A stretch of 63,028 bases of DNA, the filler included, from Diploschistes diacapsis (Eukaryota): NCBI GenBank assembly GCA_023645945.1. It is 18 parts of 18 records of this genome, joined end to end, with 100 filler letters (N's around TTAATTAATTAA, not from the genome) between each part and the next. Parts side by side here need not be neighbours in the genome. Positions count along the whole stretch, not along the records: positions 32,964 to 53,428 come from JALAIB010000343.1; 17 more parts are not named here. The stretch is one strand, 5' to 3'. Shown here in pieces: positions 33,110 to 47,000 of this stretch (positions are counted from its first letter, which is position 1; every line of letters begins with the position of its first letter). The notes below the pieces were generated by a model, which saw only the letters and a program-made list of their open reading frames with translations, was not told the DNA's origin and searched no databases. The position numbers and the translations under genes were made by a program.

Positions 33110-34569
33110 GTTTTTTGAAGGTACAGTAGTCGGCGCGGGGTTTTTTATCCGCAGTTCCAACGCTTTTTTGCACTGACGATTTTTGACGTGCCAAGATAAT
33201 AATAGAAATCTGCGTCAACGTCATGGGTAACCGCCGTCGCGTAATTGCTGCGTTATTCTCCATACCCACCTACTTCGTAACAAGAAACATAGACAGAGAA
33301 GCATTATTCAAAATCTCAAAAACACTTCCCTCTACCGGCTGCATCTGATGCACTTACCAATCGTCTACTTTAATCACTTGGAGCTTACGCATGCTACATG
33401 TATCACCGAAAGCCACACAAGATTACCCAAGGCTACATAAAAAAAAAGCCCTTTGCAGCGCTCCGCGACATAAGCGAAGTGGAGATTACGGACCGAGAGA
33501 AGACCAAGAATGCACTTTGCAACAATCGCGCTCGTGTCGAGAGAATGCGTTAGATAAGTGGTTTGTGGATTCGTCCACTTGGAACTTTGGAATAATGGGG
33601 ATTTCTAGGACGAGAACCCGAATCTTGTGCTCCGAATGGGGAATTGTGTTGGCGACGGATTTCCTCGTATTAAGAATATAAAAGTCTGCCTCCTTAAAAG
33701 AATATGCCGTGAGAAGTAAAAAACATTCGTGGCGCCTTTCACTGGGGATGAATACTTTCAGTTACCAGATATTCAAGGGGCCTTCTCTTGTGGCGCGAAA
33801 ATGAAGCAAGTGAGTAGGGTATCATTGGTTACAGTTTCAGTTCAGCACATGGAACAGAATCATAGTTCGCCGATACAAGCCCATAGCTGCTCTAGAGAAA
33901 GGAGCCATTGTACTACAATTCTATCAGACAAGAAAAGGTTCATGATAAGTATCTACTGTCCTTGGGCACATTTACCGCCTATATTGTTCGAAGCGAAAAT
34001 CCCACCGCGGAGGATTGCTGCCTCGGTTTCTCCAGGGGTTCTCCACGATAAAGCAACAAGGCATAAATCGAGAGAATGGCTGAATATTCATCTCGGAGAA
34101 AGATGGCGTGATTCCTTCTCTCTCCAAATGTATCAGTAATTGCATCTAACAAATCCATGATCCGGTCGTGCTCGGTTTTGTCAGGCCACCAGCTTTCTGT
34201 AGCAAGCTACACACTTATCTAATTTTGTTCAAGCCTTCTCAATGGAAATCAGCATGTTGAGTGCTGTTCATCTGAAGATGAAGCCGAGCAAGTAATACGC
34301 GGGCCATTCTGATAGACAATATATCGGACATTGCCCGAGCCCTCTATCAGGCCTGACAGCTATGTATTAAAATAGACAAGTCGAGGGTTGTTTCAATTAG
34401 GTCACGCCCATCTGTTTACTGGCTGTAGAATATGAATGATCTGGCATCAGAGATGGGCAGAGCGATCAAGGTGTTAATAGTATTGCAGGGATGAAAGAGT
34501 TATCATGACAAGCGGTGCAAAATGCTCTGGTCAACGTCCAAGTAATCGGTAAAAGCCAGCACGTCATTC

Positions 34570-36363
34570 TTACCCAGCCGTTGGCCTCTTCTTAGGTCTC
34601 TTGAATAAATTCTCCGTTTCTTTTGACACAGATGTATCGGGGGTGATTTCTTGCAGTTCCTCAAGCTGGGATTTGGTCTCAGCCAGCGCGGAAGACTCCA
34701 TCTGTTGTGAGAATCCAGTAGACTCGCTGAAGCGAAGCTCTGAAGATTGCGAGACCTCAAAGTTGATATCCTTCGGAATTTGGTCGACGGCTGAACAGAT
34801 TCTTTCAAAATGCTTCGGCATCCACACGTTGTAGATACTCTTTGTGAACTTGTACGCTGTCCATTTATCCCTGCCATCAAGTTCGGTGAAGTCGAAGGTA
34901 CGGACTGGATAGCGGTAGAATTTAGTGTTGTCACCATCGACCTCAGCGTAATGCCCATAGATACGGACGGAGCGATGATCGTGCGAGACCGAGAATGCGA
35001 GAATCTCTCGGTGTAGCTCCGTGTCACGTTTTACAAGACGAAAAAGCTCGACCACGCCTCTGACTGCAAGTGTCATACTGTGGGCGTTTTGCCGATCTGC
35101 GATATCGAGAGCCCCGGCGCCACACTTCACTTCGCAAGTGAAGAACGGGAAGTACATATAGAATGTTCCTAGAAAGAATGACGTCTCAAAGAGATTGCCG
35201 ATGAATGGTTCAAGCTTTTTAAACTGAGCAGGCGTGAAAGCATCTCGTTTGAAGCCAACAGCATAGTCTGGCTGTGGGCGAGTCTTCGAGACCGGAATTG
35301 AGTTGTTCCATCCCTCATTGACGCTTTCAATGAGAATGTCCAATGATTTGGCGCCATATATAGCCAGATTCTGTGCGGAAGGAACGATTAATCGACTTAT
35401 ATCCTGAATGACTAACGCTTCATTCCTATCTTGTATCTTATTACAGGTGCTTTTAAAGAGATCGTCACGAAACAATGAAGCTGAGGGGACGGTCTGTTCC
35501 TCGTCAAGAAGAGTGCGACAAAGCGACCTGCTTTTGTCCGTGATACCAAGATCGGATTCTTTTAGGAAACTACCCTTGGTGGCAAGGAAAACTGGATACC
35601 GCACATCTCTGTAAGGAGCGCTTTTCGCTTCCCTTGGCTTCTCATCACTCTGAGTCGTAGTGCCCGGCGTGGTATTACCCGATTCGGACTTTTTACGGCG
35701 AAGCGAGGTATCCGATCTTTTCCTTGCTAGCAGATGACTCATCTCCGTGTATGGTTTGATATACTCTTCGTACCAGCTGTCCCGCTCCAAGTCTTTCTTG
35801 GTCTGGCTATTTTGCTTGAAAAAGTATGCTGGCCAGTTCTTGTGCGCAACCCAGTAGGCAATAGGATTTGGTTGGGTGGAGCCAGCGGAGGTATATTGCG
35901 TCGTAATGGTGGCAATAGTTGTTCGCTTTCTCTTTCGTGAATGCTCGGCTGACGCGCAGGAGGCTTTGTCGCTTTCAACAGCCTGTTTCCTCTTGCTCCT
36001 AGTGTGTTGCGCGAGAGAACGCAGATTCTGCAATACAATGACTCGGTTAGCTGGGTAGCTACGCTAGGAAACGGACGAGCACACCTCTTTGCTGGTGGAA
36101 TTGCGATGAATTTGGGTGTTTATATCACTGGAGAGAGTCCCAGCTCCACGATGCACTTGGGCAATGGTCCCTTTAAGACGCAGTTTTGGCGACTTGCGTT
36201 TCTTGATGCCTATAAATGGTTGTTCATTTTAGCTGTGAGCTAATACGCAGGCCCTCAACACCATCCTGCTCTTACCACGATTTACCGCCGGTAAGTTGCT
36301 TGAGGGGAATTTTGCTTCTCGCTCAGTGTTTCCAGTTTGCCGTCTTAATTCGTGGTTTGCCAT
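34570..36363 (-). CDS. Uncharacterised fungal protein with putative PD-(D/E)XK-like domain (resembles DUF7924-type proteins)
   Basis: Main exon ORF 34570-36033 has ESVNEGW, RPQPDYAVGF, FPFFTCEVKCG...LDIADRQNAHSM, LAFSVSHD and IYGHY. Short upstream exons to an ATG at 36363 are inferred from splice signals and are uncertain. Confidence 0.7.
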
Positions 36364-36821
36364 GTTGAAGAGTGGAGGTTAAAAGGTGCTGGTTGGAGGC
36401 ATAAGGGACTGGCACATGAGATCGGACCTGGAGGTTTGGCAAAGCCTGTCAGCCGCAAGCGGGCGCTTGTTTGACATGACCCCGGACCAGGGTCATAACC
36501 GTATTACAAAAATGATAAAAATTCAATTTAGAAAAAAAAGAGTAAGTAGTATTAATAAAACAATGTTTAGTGGGTGGATTTTATCAAGTCATTGATTACA
36601 CTTTGCGTTAAGGCGACAAGCTCTGAACAAGACTTGCAGGGGACTGCGATGTTGCTGTATGATGACGTACCATTTACAACTATCCTGTGTACAGTAGGCA
36701 GAATAAGACTTGCCTCCTGCTTTGGTGTGAGCGTCTTTTCTAGGCTGCCTTTGACGCGTTCATTATCCATTGTTCTCCATTCTGATTGTGTCGGAGGTGA
36801 GACTGCCTCGTCGTCGACAAG

Positions 36822-39468
36822 ATGCTGGGTACACGGCTCTTAGCTGTTCAGCGAGCCCAATACCTTCGCCCGACTACCCTCCAACGCCCTAGCATCGAAG
36901 CGCGTAGCTCTCCGCTATGGCGGAATCCACAATCTACTACGATCGGCAAACGGTGGCAGACTTCGGTCCACAAGGTAGGGGAGAGAAAGTCAGGGCATAT
37001 AGACTGTGGCCCAAATGAGGGGATGATCTTCCTTGACCGTAGGTGTCAGATGCCACAGGAAATGTACGCTAAGATTATGAAGATATATATCCCCTGAAGC
37101 TAAGATGGGCACTCCGTCTCCCCCTTCTGAATATGGAGCAATCCATCAGTAAAGCCATGGCCAAACTCAATACGGATACACATGCAAGTAGACTAGACCC
37201 CATGGGCATCATTCGAAGCGCCATCCCCAAAGACTTACCTATCAGGATACAAGAGATAATACCTCGAATGAAAGAGGGAGGCGTGTTTATAAAGTTCTCT
37301 CATGAAGCTGGCGTAGACCGCAAGCAGATAGAAGAGAGATTAGCGGCTTCTTTGGAAGAAAAGCCCATTTATCCACTTTGGAACCCCTGGCGGCGCGTGA
37401 GGGCTGCTCTGGTCAAGGGCAAGCCATGGTTTGAGGACCTATACCGCTTTCCAAGTCCCATGCTAAGGATTGAGTTCTTGCCCGCGAGTCCTGGAGGTGA
37501 AGCCGCAGAGCTTTCACAGGAGCAAATCTTCTCACTCATGAGGCAGTACGGCAAGATTGCCGACATTGCTTCCATGCCTGCCGATTCCAAGACTCTCCCG
37601 AAGTTCGCTACCGTCACGTTCAAGCTACCTTGGTACGCTATAATGGCCCGAAACTGCATGCATGGCTTCGTGCTATCTGAAGAGGCTGGTGGCGGAAAGG
37701 CGGGAACCGTCTTGAGGATACACTACGAGAAAATCATCAAAGGCCATCACATTCGGGATTGGATGGCAAACCACCCAAGAATTGTGATACCATTGCTGGC
37801 AGCGTTGGCAGCTGTGTTGACCATGACCGTGTTTGACCCAATTCGAACCTTCTTCATCAAGCTGCACATTTCACATGCACGCATGTTGTCTGATAATCGG
37901 CTCTATGGATGGCTCAGGAGCCAGGCCAAAAAAGCCAACGCATTACTCACCCTGCAGAAGAATCATTCAGAAGACCGTAGCCTAGATGCCATATGGGACG
38001 ACCGGCAAACGGAGATCGGGCAGATCAAAGCCTGGCTCATGGAGACTGCTGACACCTTTATTGTCATACAGGGTCCTCGCGGATCCGGCAAGAAGGAACT
38101 TGTAATGGACCAAGCTTTGAAAGGGAAAAATAACACGTTACTCATCGACTGCAAGCCCATACAGGAGGCTCGTGGCGATAGCGCAAAAATTAACGCAGCT
38201 GCTAAAGAGGTCGGTTACCGCCCTGTCTTCTCGTGGATGAATAGCGTCAGTTCCCTGGTCGATCTGGCGGCGCAAGGTGCCATTGGCACAAAGACCGGCT
38301 TCTCCGAAACCCTTGATGCACAAATTGCGAAGATTCTTGGAAGCACAGCAACAGCTCTTAAGCAGATTGCTTTAGAACAGCGGTTAAAGGACGATCAAGA
38401 CAAGGATCTTGACGATGATCAATACCTCGAAGCGCATCCGGAGCATCGGCCAGTAGTCGTAGTTAATAATTTCTTGCACAAAAGCAACGAGGGCACCATC
38501 GTTTACGATAAGGTTTCCGAGTGGGCAGCAAGTGTCACAACTACCAACATTGCGCACGTCATTTTCCTGACCCACGATGTCTCTTTCTCGAAGTCATTAA
38601 GTAAAGCTCTTCCGGATCGAGTCTTCAGACAAATCTCGCTCGGGGACTGTTCAGCTGATGTGGCGAAGCGATATGTAATTCGCCATTTAGATTCTGGGGC
38701 CGAGACGTCAACTTCCGACGGGAGCCGGAAGTCTCTTGCTCCCTCGCAGCGGAGAAACGATCTTGAGGAGTTAAATGGGTGTATTGATATTCTGGGTGGG
38801 CGATTGACAGACCTCGAATTTCTGGCTCGAAGGATTAAGGCTGGCGAGACGCCGAGCAGTAAGGCCAAAACCCCCCTAACTTGATTATATTTCTTAGTCA
38901 CTGACATCCTCTTGTAGACGCCGTCCAAGAGATCATATCACAGTCCGCGTCCGAGATCCTTAAGATGCACATTCTCGATCCCGATCACAATTCTCATGCC
39001 TGGAGCACCACCCAAGCCTGGCACATAATCAAAGCTCTCGCAGCATCAGACACAGTCCGCTACAACGAGGTCTTGCTTTCCGACATGTTCAAATCTGGTG
39101 GCGAGGCCACTCTTCAGGCTCTTGAGCAGGCAGAGCTCATTTCGATAGTTTCCTCCAACGGCCGTCCCTATGCCATCAAACCTGGTAAGCCGGTCTATGC
39201 TGCCGCCTTCCAGCAGCTGAGGAAGGACAAGGTGCTGAGCAGTAGAATGGATCTGGCTGTCTTGACAGAGTTAACAAAGGGGGAGACTGACGGTATAGTA
39301 AAGTGCGAGGAGGAGCTCAAGTTGCTCGGAGCTCTACCGAATCATCCGAGCCAGCTGGGGGCCAGGATAAAGTGGTTGTTGGGAAAGATCCAAACAAGCC
39401 AGACAAAAGTTGAGGGTTACGAAAGGGAGAGCGGAGCATTGAAGAGGGTATTGACGAGCGAGTTCTAG
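36822..39468 (+). CDS. YME2: Mitochondrial escape protein 2 (RRM plus RNA12 P-loop domain)
   Basis: Basic N-terminal presequence. Introns 37039-37082 and 38859-38917. Motifs PRMKEGGVFIKF, LVKGKPWFEDLYRFPS, NHPRIVIP, TFIVIQGPRGSGKKELV, GYRPVFSW and LGGRLTDL. Confidence 0.93.
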
Positions 39469-40372
39469 ACGGTGAGCCCTCTATCAAAGTTTTGTAAAGA
39501 CAACAAGCTTCGGTCTTCGGCGATTCTGGTGACCTGCAGACGTAGGAGTATTTTCATCTTGTCGTTCAGAGATACCCATTGCACTAGATTCGAAATAGAG
39601 GGATCAACCCCTCCTCTTCTAGCCATTATGTACATAGATCGATCCCGCAATCAATACAGTGCCAACGAAATAATGTGACCATCCATGGATGCTACCATGC
39701 CACAGTGTAGACATAGCCGCGACTCTATAGATGACAGCCTGAACGGTCCGCTGCGCTACTATGATATCGTCATGGCTAGTTACAAGGCATTCTCTTCGTG
39801 AGCACCTTGATTACACGAGGGCATATTTCCATGGCTTTGGCGCGTTGTGTCCATGGTACTTTGTCCACTGATAGATCGCCTTAAGCAACCTAATATATAG
39901 TACTTCATCCTATTAGTTCTATAGTCTGGAAACTGCTAGGCGAAATAAGCCTTGTCTTTTAGGCTAGGGATTACTACAAAAATCCGGGGTAAATTTTTTT
40001 GCTCGAGTAGCTAGCAAGGAGCTTTGTACCTTGTCAACAACGGTCAACTTGTCACCAGAGACTACGGTTGCAGGGCATTGGACTCTACGATGAATGTTAA
40101 GCGAGCGCACAACAACAAATCACAGTGTCATGCCAATGGATTCTTTTGATCTAGGCTTGTTGAACATGACCGTTCGTTGGAGTGCACGCATGGGTAGTAT
40201 TACAAATCCATCTCCTTGCCCCGTGCCGGCTGTCCCACATAATTGCCGCTTCCCAGGCATCTGGCCAGAGAGCTCGTAGCACCGCTTGCTTGTCCTGCCA
40301 TCCCGTTGGAGCTGGCCACCGCTGGCAGCAGACCGCTCGGCTGATCCGGAGTCAGGAGTCGCAAGGGCAGCC

Positions 40373-41773
40373 CTAATCATCCTCGGCATCTTCGGCATCT
40401 TCGATCGGCGGGTAGTCCGGACGCAGGGCATTATCTGCATAGTCCGTGTTCATACCGCGAGCGCCGGAGTGATTCGCATAGTACGGAGACTCTGAGAAGA
40501 AGGACGATCCTGCAGCCGGGCCGGTATTGAAGGCGCTTGAAACACCGGTGGCGTTCGTGTGACTAGTGCCATAGTTACCAACATTGTATGGGCTTTCGGA
40601 GAAGGTGGATAATCCAGGAAGCGGGCCGGTATTGAAGCCGCGTGGGACACCAGTAGCGTTCATATGGCTAGCGTCATAGTTACCAACATAGTATGGGCTT
40701 TCTGAAAAGATGGATAATCCTGCAAGCGGATCGGTCTTGGAGGCACTTGAGACACTGGTGGCGTTCACGTTGCGGTTCGCGGTATTCAAGCGTTTCCTGT
40801 TGGCCCTGCGGTTGCTACCGGTGTTGAAGGAGCTTGAAGAACTAGTGGCGTTCATATCACGAGCGTCAGAGTTACCAACATAGTATGGATTTGCCGAGGA
40901 GGTGGACGATCCTGTAACCAGACTGGTATCGAAGGCGTTAGAGATACTCGTGGCGTTCACGTTGTCTTCCGTGGTATCGAGGTGTCCCTTGTTGGCGCCG
41001 CGGTAGTTGCGCTTTCTCCTGGCGTCTGGGGCTGGAGAACCTGTCCCTTTGGTAGCGGAACCTGCGTTGGCTGACGCGGCGATTGTGGAGGCCTGAGACC
41101 ATGGTTAGACTAACGTCTTTTTGAGGTAAATTAGAAGAATAACTTACTGGACTCTGGTTTTGGTCCTGCACATCGGAAGTAGCAGATGTGTGAACTGAAG
41201 CTCCGGTGGCAGTTTCAAGTTGATTGGGATCACGCAAGAGCGCTTTATGCAGCACGGACAAGTCGGAATGCTTGAGCCTGCGCTGCTTTGGGGCCCCGAC
41301 GATTGTCTTGAGCCGAGGCTTGGCGGCCAACATTGCTTTGAATTTCCTGATAAAGCGGTCTTTCTGTCCGCAGAATCGGTTGCTCCAACTCGCAAGCGTC
41401 TGCAGTGCATCCACTGCCACGTAATCCCCCGGCTTTGAGGGATCGAGGAAAAGGTCGGTGAGCGGACCTGGAATGGTCAAATCCTCGCCCCAGTTGCGGT
41501 AGACTTGACATAAGTAGGTCGCGGCTCTGGGCCGCGTCTGGGTTTTGAACGTCCGTGCTGCATAAGCCACCATGTAGCTGGACAGGCCGCTATTGCGTGC
41601 CAGTAGATTGGCCGCCTGGAGAAAGTTAGTCCTAGCGAACAGTTTTCAAGGGCTGCAGAGCATCATACACTGAAGGTACCGGTTGCTCCTGCTGCATGCG
41701 GGGTCGCAGGAATAGACGTGTTGGCACCAGCCGATGTATCAGACGCAGCTCTTGCCTCAGAGGACTTCGACAT
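40373..41773 (-). CDS. Orphan protein with C-terminal 35-aa tandem repeats
   Basis: ATG at 41773 (MSKSSEARAA). Introns 41668-41616 (GTATGA...ACTAAC...CAG) and 41147-41093 (GTAAGT...TCTAAC...CAG) join the ORF fragments in frame. Ends EDAEDAEDD*. Confidence 0.7.
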
Positions 41774-43269
41774 CGTGCATAGACTCGTCAAGATACCTTT
41801 ACAGCTTAAATATCAAACGCGAACGCTGGTTGATCTTGCATGAAAGGAAGAAAAAATCCGAACTGAGATCGCAGTGCGACCTCCTGTGTTATGGCTCCAG
41901 GCCACGATTAATCTTACAGCAGCGCACCCCATCCTAACCACTGCGTTCCGCTTATCCCGTTATAGAATGATATGGGACCCGGATCCAGTCCCTAAAGAGT
42001 ACGTGAGCTGGATTATGGGTTCAAGAGTGCCCTGCGATTGAGAGAAGAAAGAAAGATGGGTTTGCATACTAGTGTCAGAAGTAGTGTCTTCGTTATAGGT
42101 ACATCCCTCTCGTTTCCCTTTCGACAAAGACACGCATCGCGACAGCTTTTGCTACGTTCACAGAAGTCAGATGTGACGATGTCCAAAGTCACGTGTTTGT
42201 CGCGCTTACCGCGCTTATGGCGCCTACTGAGCTGGGCATGCTGGAAAATAACCGTTTCCGAAAACAGCAAGCGTGTTTTGCTGTTATGCCGAATGGAGCA
42301 ACTGTGGATGAGATCCCATAATTTGAGAAACAGTGCTCCTATGCATGTTTCACATTAGCAACATGATCGCTCTTCTCGGTTGGATTGCTTGCTTCACACC
42401 ATCTGTCAGTTCATCACAGTCTCACCGCTCCATCGAACCCAATGTCCATTTTTTGCCACGACCATCACGTATCTACTACACACGGCTGAAGCGTACTACA
42501 CAGGCAGATAAGCTGCTTGGTGCTCTCGGAAGTGTCCTATATATATAGAGGAATAATAGCGAAGGTGGATCTAGTATTTCAGGAGGTGCCTTAGGTATAT
42601 ATACACGTAGGTGGCCTAGTAGCAGATGCCATGGCTGGGCCTTCTTGTTCACACTAAATGATATAGAGGAGGTATATGGCCAAAGCTGGGGACAATGGTG
42701 ACACTGTTTAGCGCAAGCAATAACGTGTTCGTGCCACGCCTGTGGATGTCCTTATGCACTTTAGGACCTGGTGCCTGAGGTTTCTAGGCATAAGAACCGA
42801 TCCTTGTGGGAGCTTCAAGAGATCGTAAGGTGAGGGTGGAGAGCATAGTTATCGCTCTCAAAGTGAGGCCTCAAGAGATTCAACAACAAGATTAGAGAGA
42901 GGCCGGCCTGCATTGGGGCATTTGAGAATCCCCATCGCTTTCCTTCAAAAGAACCCCTTACTTTCTAGAATTTACCATCATCCCATGAGTAACTACTCCA
43001 TAGCTCTTCTACAGTGCCGGCCATAAGCCTGGGTAGGAGCGACCAATCCTCCTGCTGAGGAAACCGTCTGATTTGAAATCTGCTGATGGATTCTGCCCCA
43101 TGCGCAACCATATCCGACGTCTGAATCGAAATGTCCTTCTATAAAGATCAACTTTCACGCAAGAAGAATCAGATATCAGAGCAGAAAACCTTTCCAATAT
43201 ACAGGCTTCGACTACGAAGATCACCTATCCTAATTTAATTTCGACGAGCCAACTCTAACTTATCCCAAG

Positions 43270-44028
43270 ATGCTCGGCTTTCTCGACCTGCCACCGGAAA
43301 TTAGAAACCAAATCTATCGTCATTTCCTACCTACGCTGGAGGAGCCAGCACTCTTCGGTTGGGATTGCTGTGCTCAAGACGAGAATAAGCATGCCCTTGC
43401 CACCTGGGATACCTGCAGGACGATTCGCTCGGAGCTGCCCGAGCCCGAACAGCTTTTCCGGGCCGGGGCCGTGATACCATGCATTGCGGCACACCTAGAG
43501 GACCCTGACAGGCAGTTCTCTCGAAGCGACAGCATTCCTATAAAGTATCTGCGCTGTTCAGCTATACTCCGAGTTGTTGGGCCAATGAAGAGGCGTGAGC
43601 ATGAAGATCATATTGGTGATTTTACAGACGAGTGTGAGGAAACACATACTTGGCACAAGTGGCTACAAAAATGGTCTCAGTCACAGTGGGCCACCAATAT
43701 CATGAATGCGTTTCTATCTGCCAGCACTCCGCACGTTTCCAAGGGTGTCCAGGTCCAGTTAAAGGCCGAACCAAATTATAATGAGCGCTGTTTTTCGGAA
43801 AATTCATGCCTGTTGCTTTTTCTAGGAATGGATGCGAACATGGTCGACAATCTGTCAAAGATCGGTTTCTTGGTTGGGGAATACCTGGTCGAAGAGGAGC
43901 TAGATCCTATGATCTTGTTATTTTTCAAGGCTAATCTTGGATGGTTAAAAAAATACTATCGGAAGTCGAAGCTTATAGATGGCACATGTTATTTAAAGTA
44001 CCACCTTTCTGACCGAATCATTGAGTAA
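43270..44028 (+). CDS. Fungal protein with N-terminal F-box-like motif
   Basis: 252-aa ORF starting MLGFLDLPPEIRNQIYRHFL, with a later TCRTIRSE. Both patterns are common in fungal F-box-like proteins. Confidence 0.7.
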   Translation: MLGFLDLPPEIRNQIYRHFLPTLEEPALFGWDCCAQDENKHALATWDTCRTIRSELPEPEQLFRAGAVIPCIAAHLEDPDRQFSRSDSIPIKYLRCSAILRVVGPMKRREHEDHIGDFTDECEETHTWHKWLQKWSQSQWATNIMNAFLSASTPHVSKGVQVQLKAEPNYNERCFSENSCLLLFLGMDANMVDNLSKIGFLVGEYLVEEELDPMILLFFKANLGWLKKYYRKSKLIDGTCYLKYHLSDRIIE

Positions 44029-47000
44029 TTCAACAGATTGCAACGGTAGATGCTTCGACATGGTGGTGTATGACGCGGTGAGAGATGGTAAAAACGGGGA
44101 CTCGCTGGAGGACCTAATAGAGTCAGGAATGGAGCTTATTTAAGTCTATGGTCGTACTTCCATACAGACTATAACTTCTTTCTGTTTTCGGTCACTAGCA
44201 TTTCGTTTCACAAAAACCTACGGCAAAGAGAATCACAACGGAACAAGTGAGAAAATCCTGCGTTTACGAACATTCTATTGTTGAGGATTATTTCATAGTT
44301 TTTCTTGTGTTGTCCACCTGGGTCATCGCTAGTGTAACCTGGTTGAACTTGTGCTAATTGCCTGATCATCCTAACTGAATCTCAATTTCCCTCAGCAGAG
44401 GCTCGCCATTGTCTAGGAAATGTAATAACAATAGCAAATCGCAACTACAGATTGCACCTGGGCAACGAAGATTCGCGATGTCCGAGAGCGCTTCGGCAAT
44501 CCTACCACTCACCGCGCCAGGGAGTCTTAGATGCCCACATCATTTCCAACCCGAATGATACAGCAGCTGCTGGCGGCCAGTGAAGTGACTCGGACAAGCC
44601 TAATCATCAGTCTGACGCCCTCAATGATACGTCCTCAATGATAACTTTGAAACAAAGTATATATTTTTAGTATCACATCACCAAGGTCTGATTCTCTTCT
44701 TTCAGTTTACCATCAAGTGGTAGACCTGATCCATGGTCAACAAGGGCGATTATACCCAAAGGAAGAAAGAGTGGACAGCCCTACCAGTCGTGTTAGCTGA
44801 ACTACACATGACGGTAACTGGTTATTATTCGACAGCTGAGCAATATGAATCCTTACTTAGGACAAAACAGCGTGATGTCTTCAACCTTTCCTTCGTACTT
44901 GCCAACCAGGTAAGGCTGCTAAGATCTGTTCTCGGATATCCAAAACAAAAACACCCCCCAAAGTATCCGAGTGGTTTCTGTTCAGAGCCTTCGAGTCACT
45001 CTTGCAGAGAATGGACCTTGGGCAGTATACCAAGCGATGTGCTGAATCTCTGTTCGCTGCGACGATATGGCATGCTTAACCTTGTGCCGCAAATTGCATG
45101 CAACTCGTATAACCTAGCCGAAGGAAGCGCGAGTACTTGGGGCACTATTGTGATAAATGTTTTCGTCTCTTTCAAGCTCCACTGCCACTACAGTATTATG
45201 TTTATCTGAACCTCCTGCGCAAATGACCGCGGTTCTGGTAATAGAATACAGGTAGATGGCCCATTCCAAACTGGCGGCAAAGAGCCTCGCTGTAATTGTA
45301 GCAACCAGTCAAGGCATAGTCTTCGCTCCTATCAATTCTTCTTGGTATTTACAGTGCTTGTTCCTACGCTCTACCTAGGCAAGCCCCTCAACCTCAACAG
45401 GTATCAGCTGACACCTCTGGTTGGGATTTATGATTACCGAGAAGACGTTTGGAGCACTTTTGATATCGATATGTTCGGCGTTCAACAGCACAGCCCTTCG
45501 TCTTACTATATTTTGTCCACATTAAAGGGAGGCCTTTCCTCTAAATTCATATTTCAGTCTGCACCCTGTTCGGGGAAAGGATATCGCTTATCCGGCTTCT
45601 GGTCTCTTTTATACTCACAGCACAGCGAGTGGAGAACGCAATACCTAGTGTCCCAAAAGCCGATCTAGCGGAGAACTCTAGCTTGTCCTATCGACCACAG
45701 ACGATGGAAAGTTCAAACTAAGAGTATGATTGGTTATATCTTGTATTTTGGAAGTGTTACGGAACAGTCCCCAATTCATCTTATTTTCTGAAAGGGGAGG
45801 TTCCGGAAGTTGGAACAACCGAGGAAGAAAGGGAAAGTTTGGGGCCAATAGAGGTAACTTATGCAGAAACCAAGCAACAGGTAACCAGCCTAGGATCGTT
45901 GGATGTTCTCTTGATTAGGAACCATATCGAACCGTTCCAGTAGTGTGCGTGTTCTAATCATCTACTTGGTTGTGCCAGAGACCTCAAAGCTCAAAACTTC
46001 AACTTCGCAACCCAGTCTGCTGTTCGATAAACCTAAGTTCTTATGGGTTTCAAACTTGCGTACGATCCTTTTGCTGTACGCCCATAGTTTGAAATCCACG
46101 ACTCCAACCCTATAGTCCTTTGTTGAAGGTTCATAGCGCTGGAGAAAGCTCGTCGTGTTGCTTCACAGTCCGTTATATTTAAGCCCAGATCAAGTCAAAG
46201 GCTCTTCTCGAACTTCAGTGCATTTCGCTCTCAAAGCTTGGTATTCGCTGGCTTACGCGCCTGCCAGTATGCAGTATGCTGATGTTGCAGCGACCATCTC
46301 AAAGAACCTGCAGGATCGCGCCCTCATCCTGCTAGGAAATCAGAGTAATGACCAGGCCCTGGCTGCAACAGAACACTGCCTAAGTACATGGAGGTAATGG
46401 GTTGGATAATACCCAGGATCGAGCATTAACGCTTCGAAAGAGGCTCATAGGTAAACCGGTTTGAAGGTATGATGGGTTACACAGTCTAACTATGATTGTA
46501 ATCCATTTAAGTGCCGCTCGCAGCTAGGAAGGGTTCAAGAAGAAGGTCGTGTTGGTCTCCGTTGTGACTACCGAGATGGCTGTGAAAGGGAGTTACTCAG
46601 GGTCCCTGGAAGAACGCGGGCTTTCCACAGAAAAAACGACCGTTTCAAGATCTGCTGGACCAAGTTATTGCCTCGTGTGTGTGCCGTAGCATCATGTCCG
46701 ACACTGCAATTTCTGTTATCCCTCGTCGTTGGTTTGATATGCCAGGGATCACAGCGCCATATGGCTGTCGCTTTCGGAGCGTCTGGCAGTGCTCCTCGAT
46801 TTACTCTCGTTCTTACAGCCGGTCTTATACCTGCCCCTGCGAATCCCTATGTTTGGAGAGGTAGCGCGCCGGGTCTTAAAGACTTTCGATCAATTTCATT
46901 CGTATCCTAGCTGAACACTCGCTATCGCGTCGGTTTCTCACGCACTAGTGTGTCCCGAGGGCTTAGTCCCGTATATTTTGACACTGTGGAAGTGACAAGG

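Noticed and set aside
40938..40960. Apparent frameshift between ORFs 40938-41573 and 40373-40960
   Set aside because: The canonical intron 41147-41093 joins them in frame.
43270..44028. Functional linkage of the F-box-like gene with SKP1
   Set aside because: They lie on different contigs separated by artificial linkers.
44140..44170. 5S rRNA-like start (minus strand GTACGACCATAG)
   Set aside because: Similarity stops after ~12 nt. No tRNA or rRNA gene was recognised anywhere in the window.
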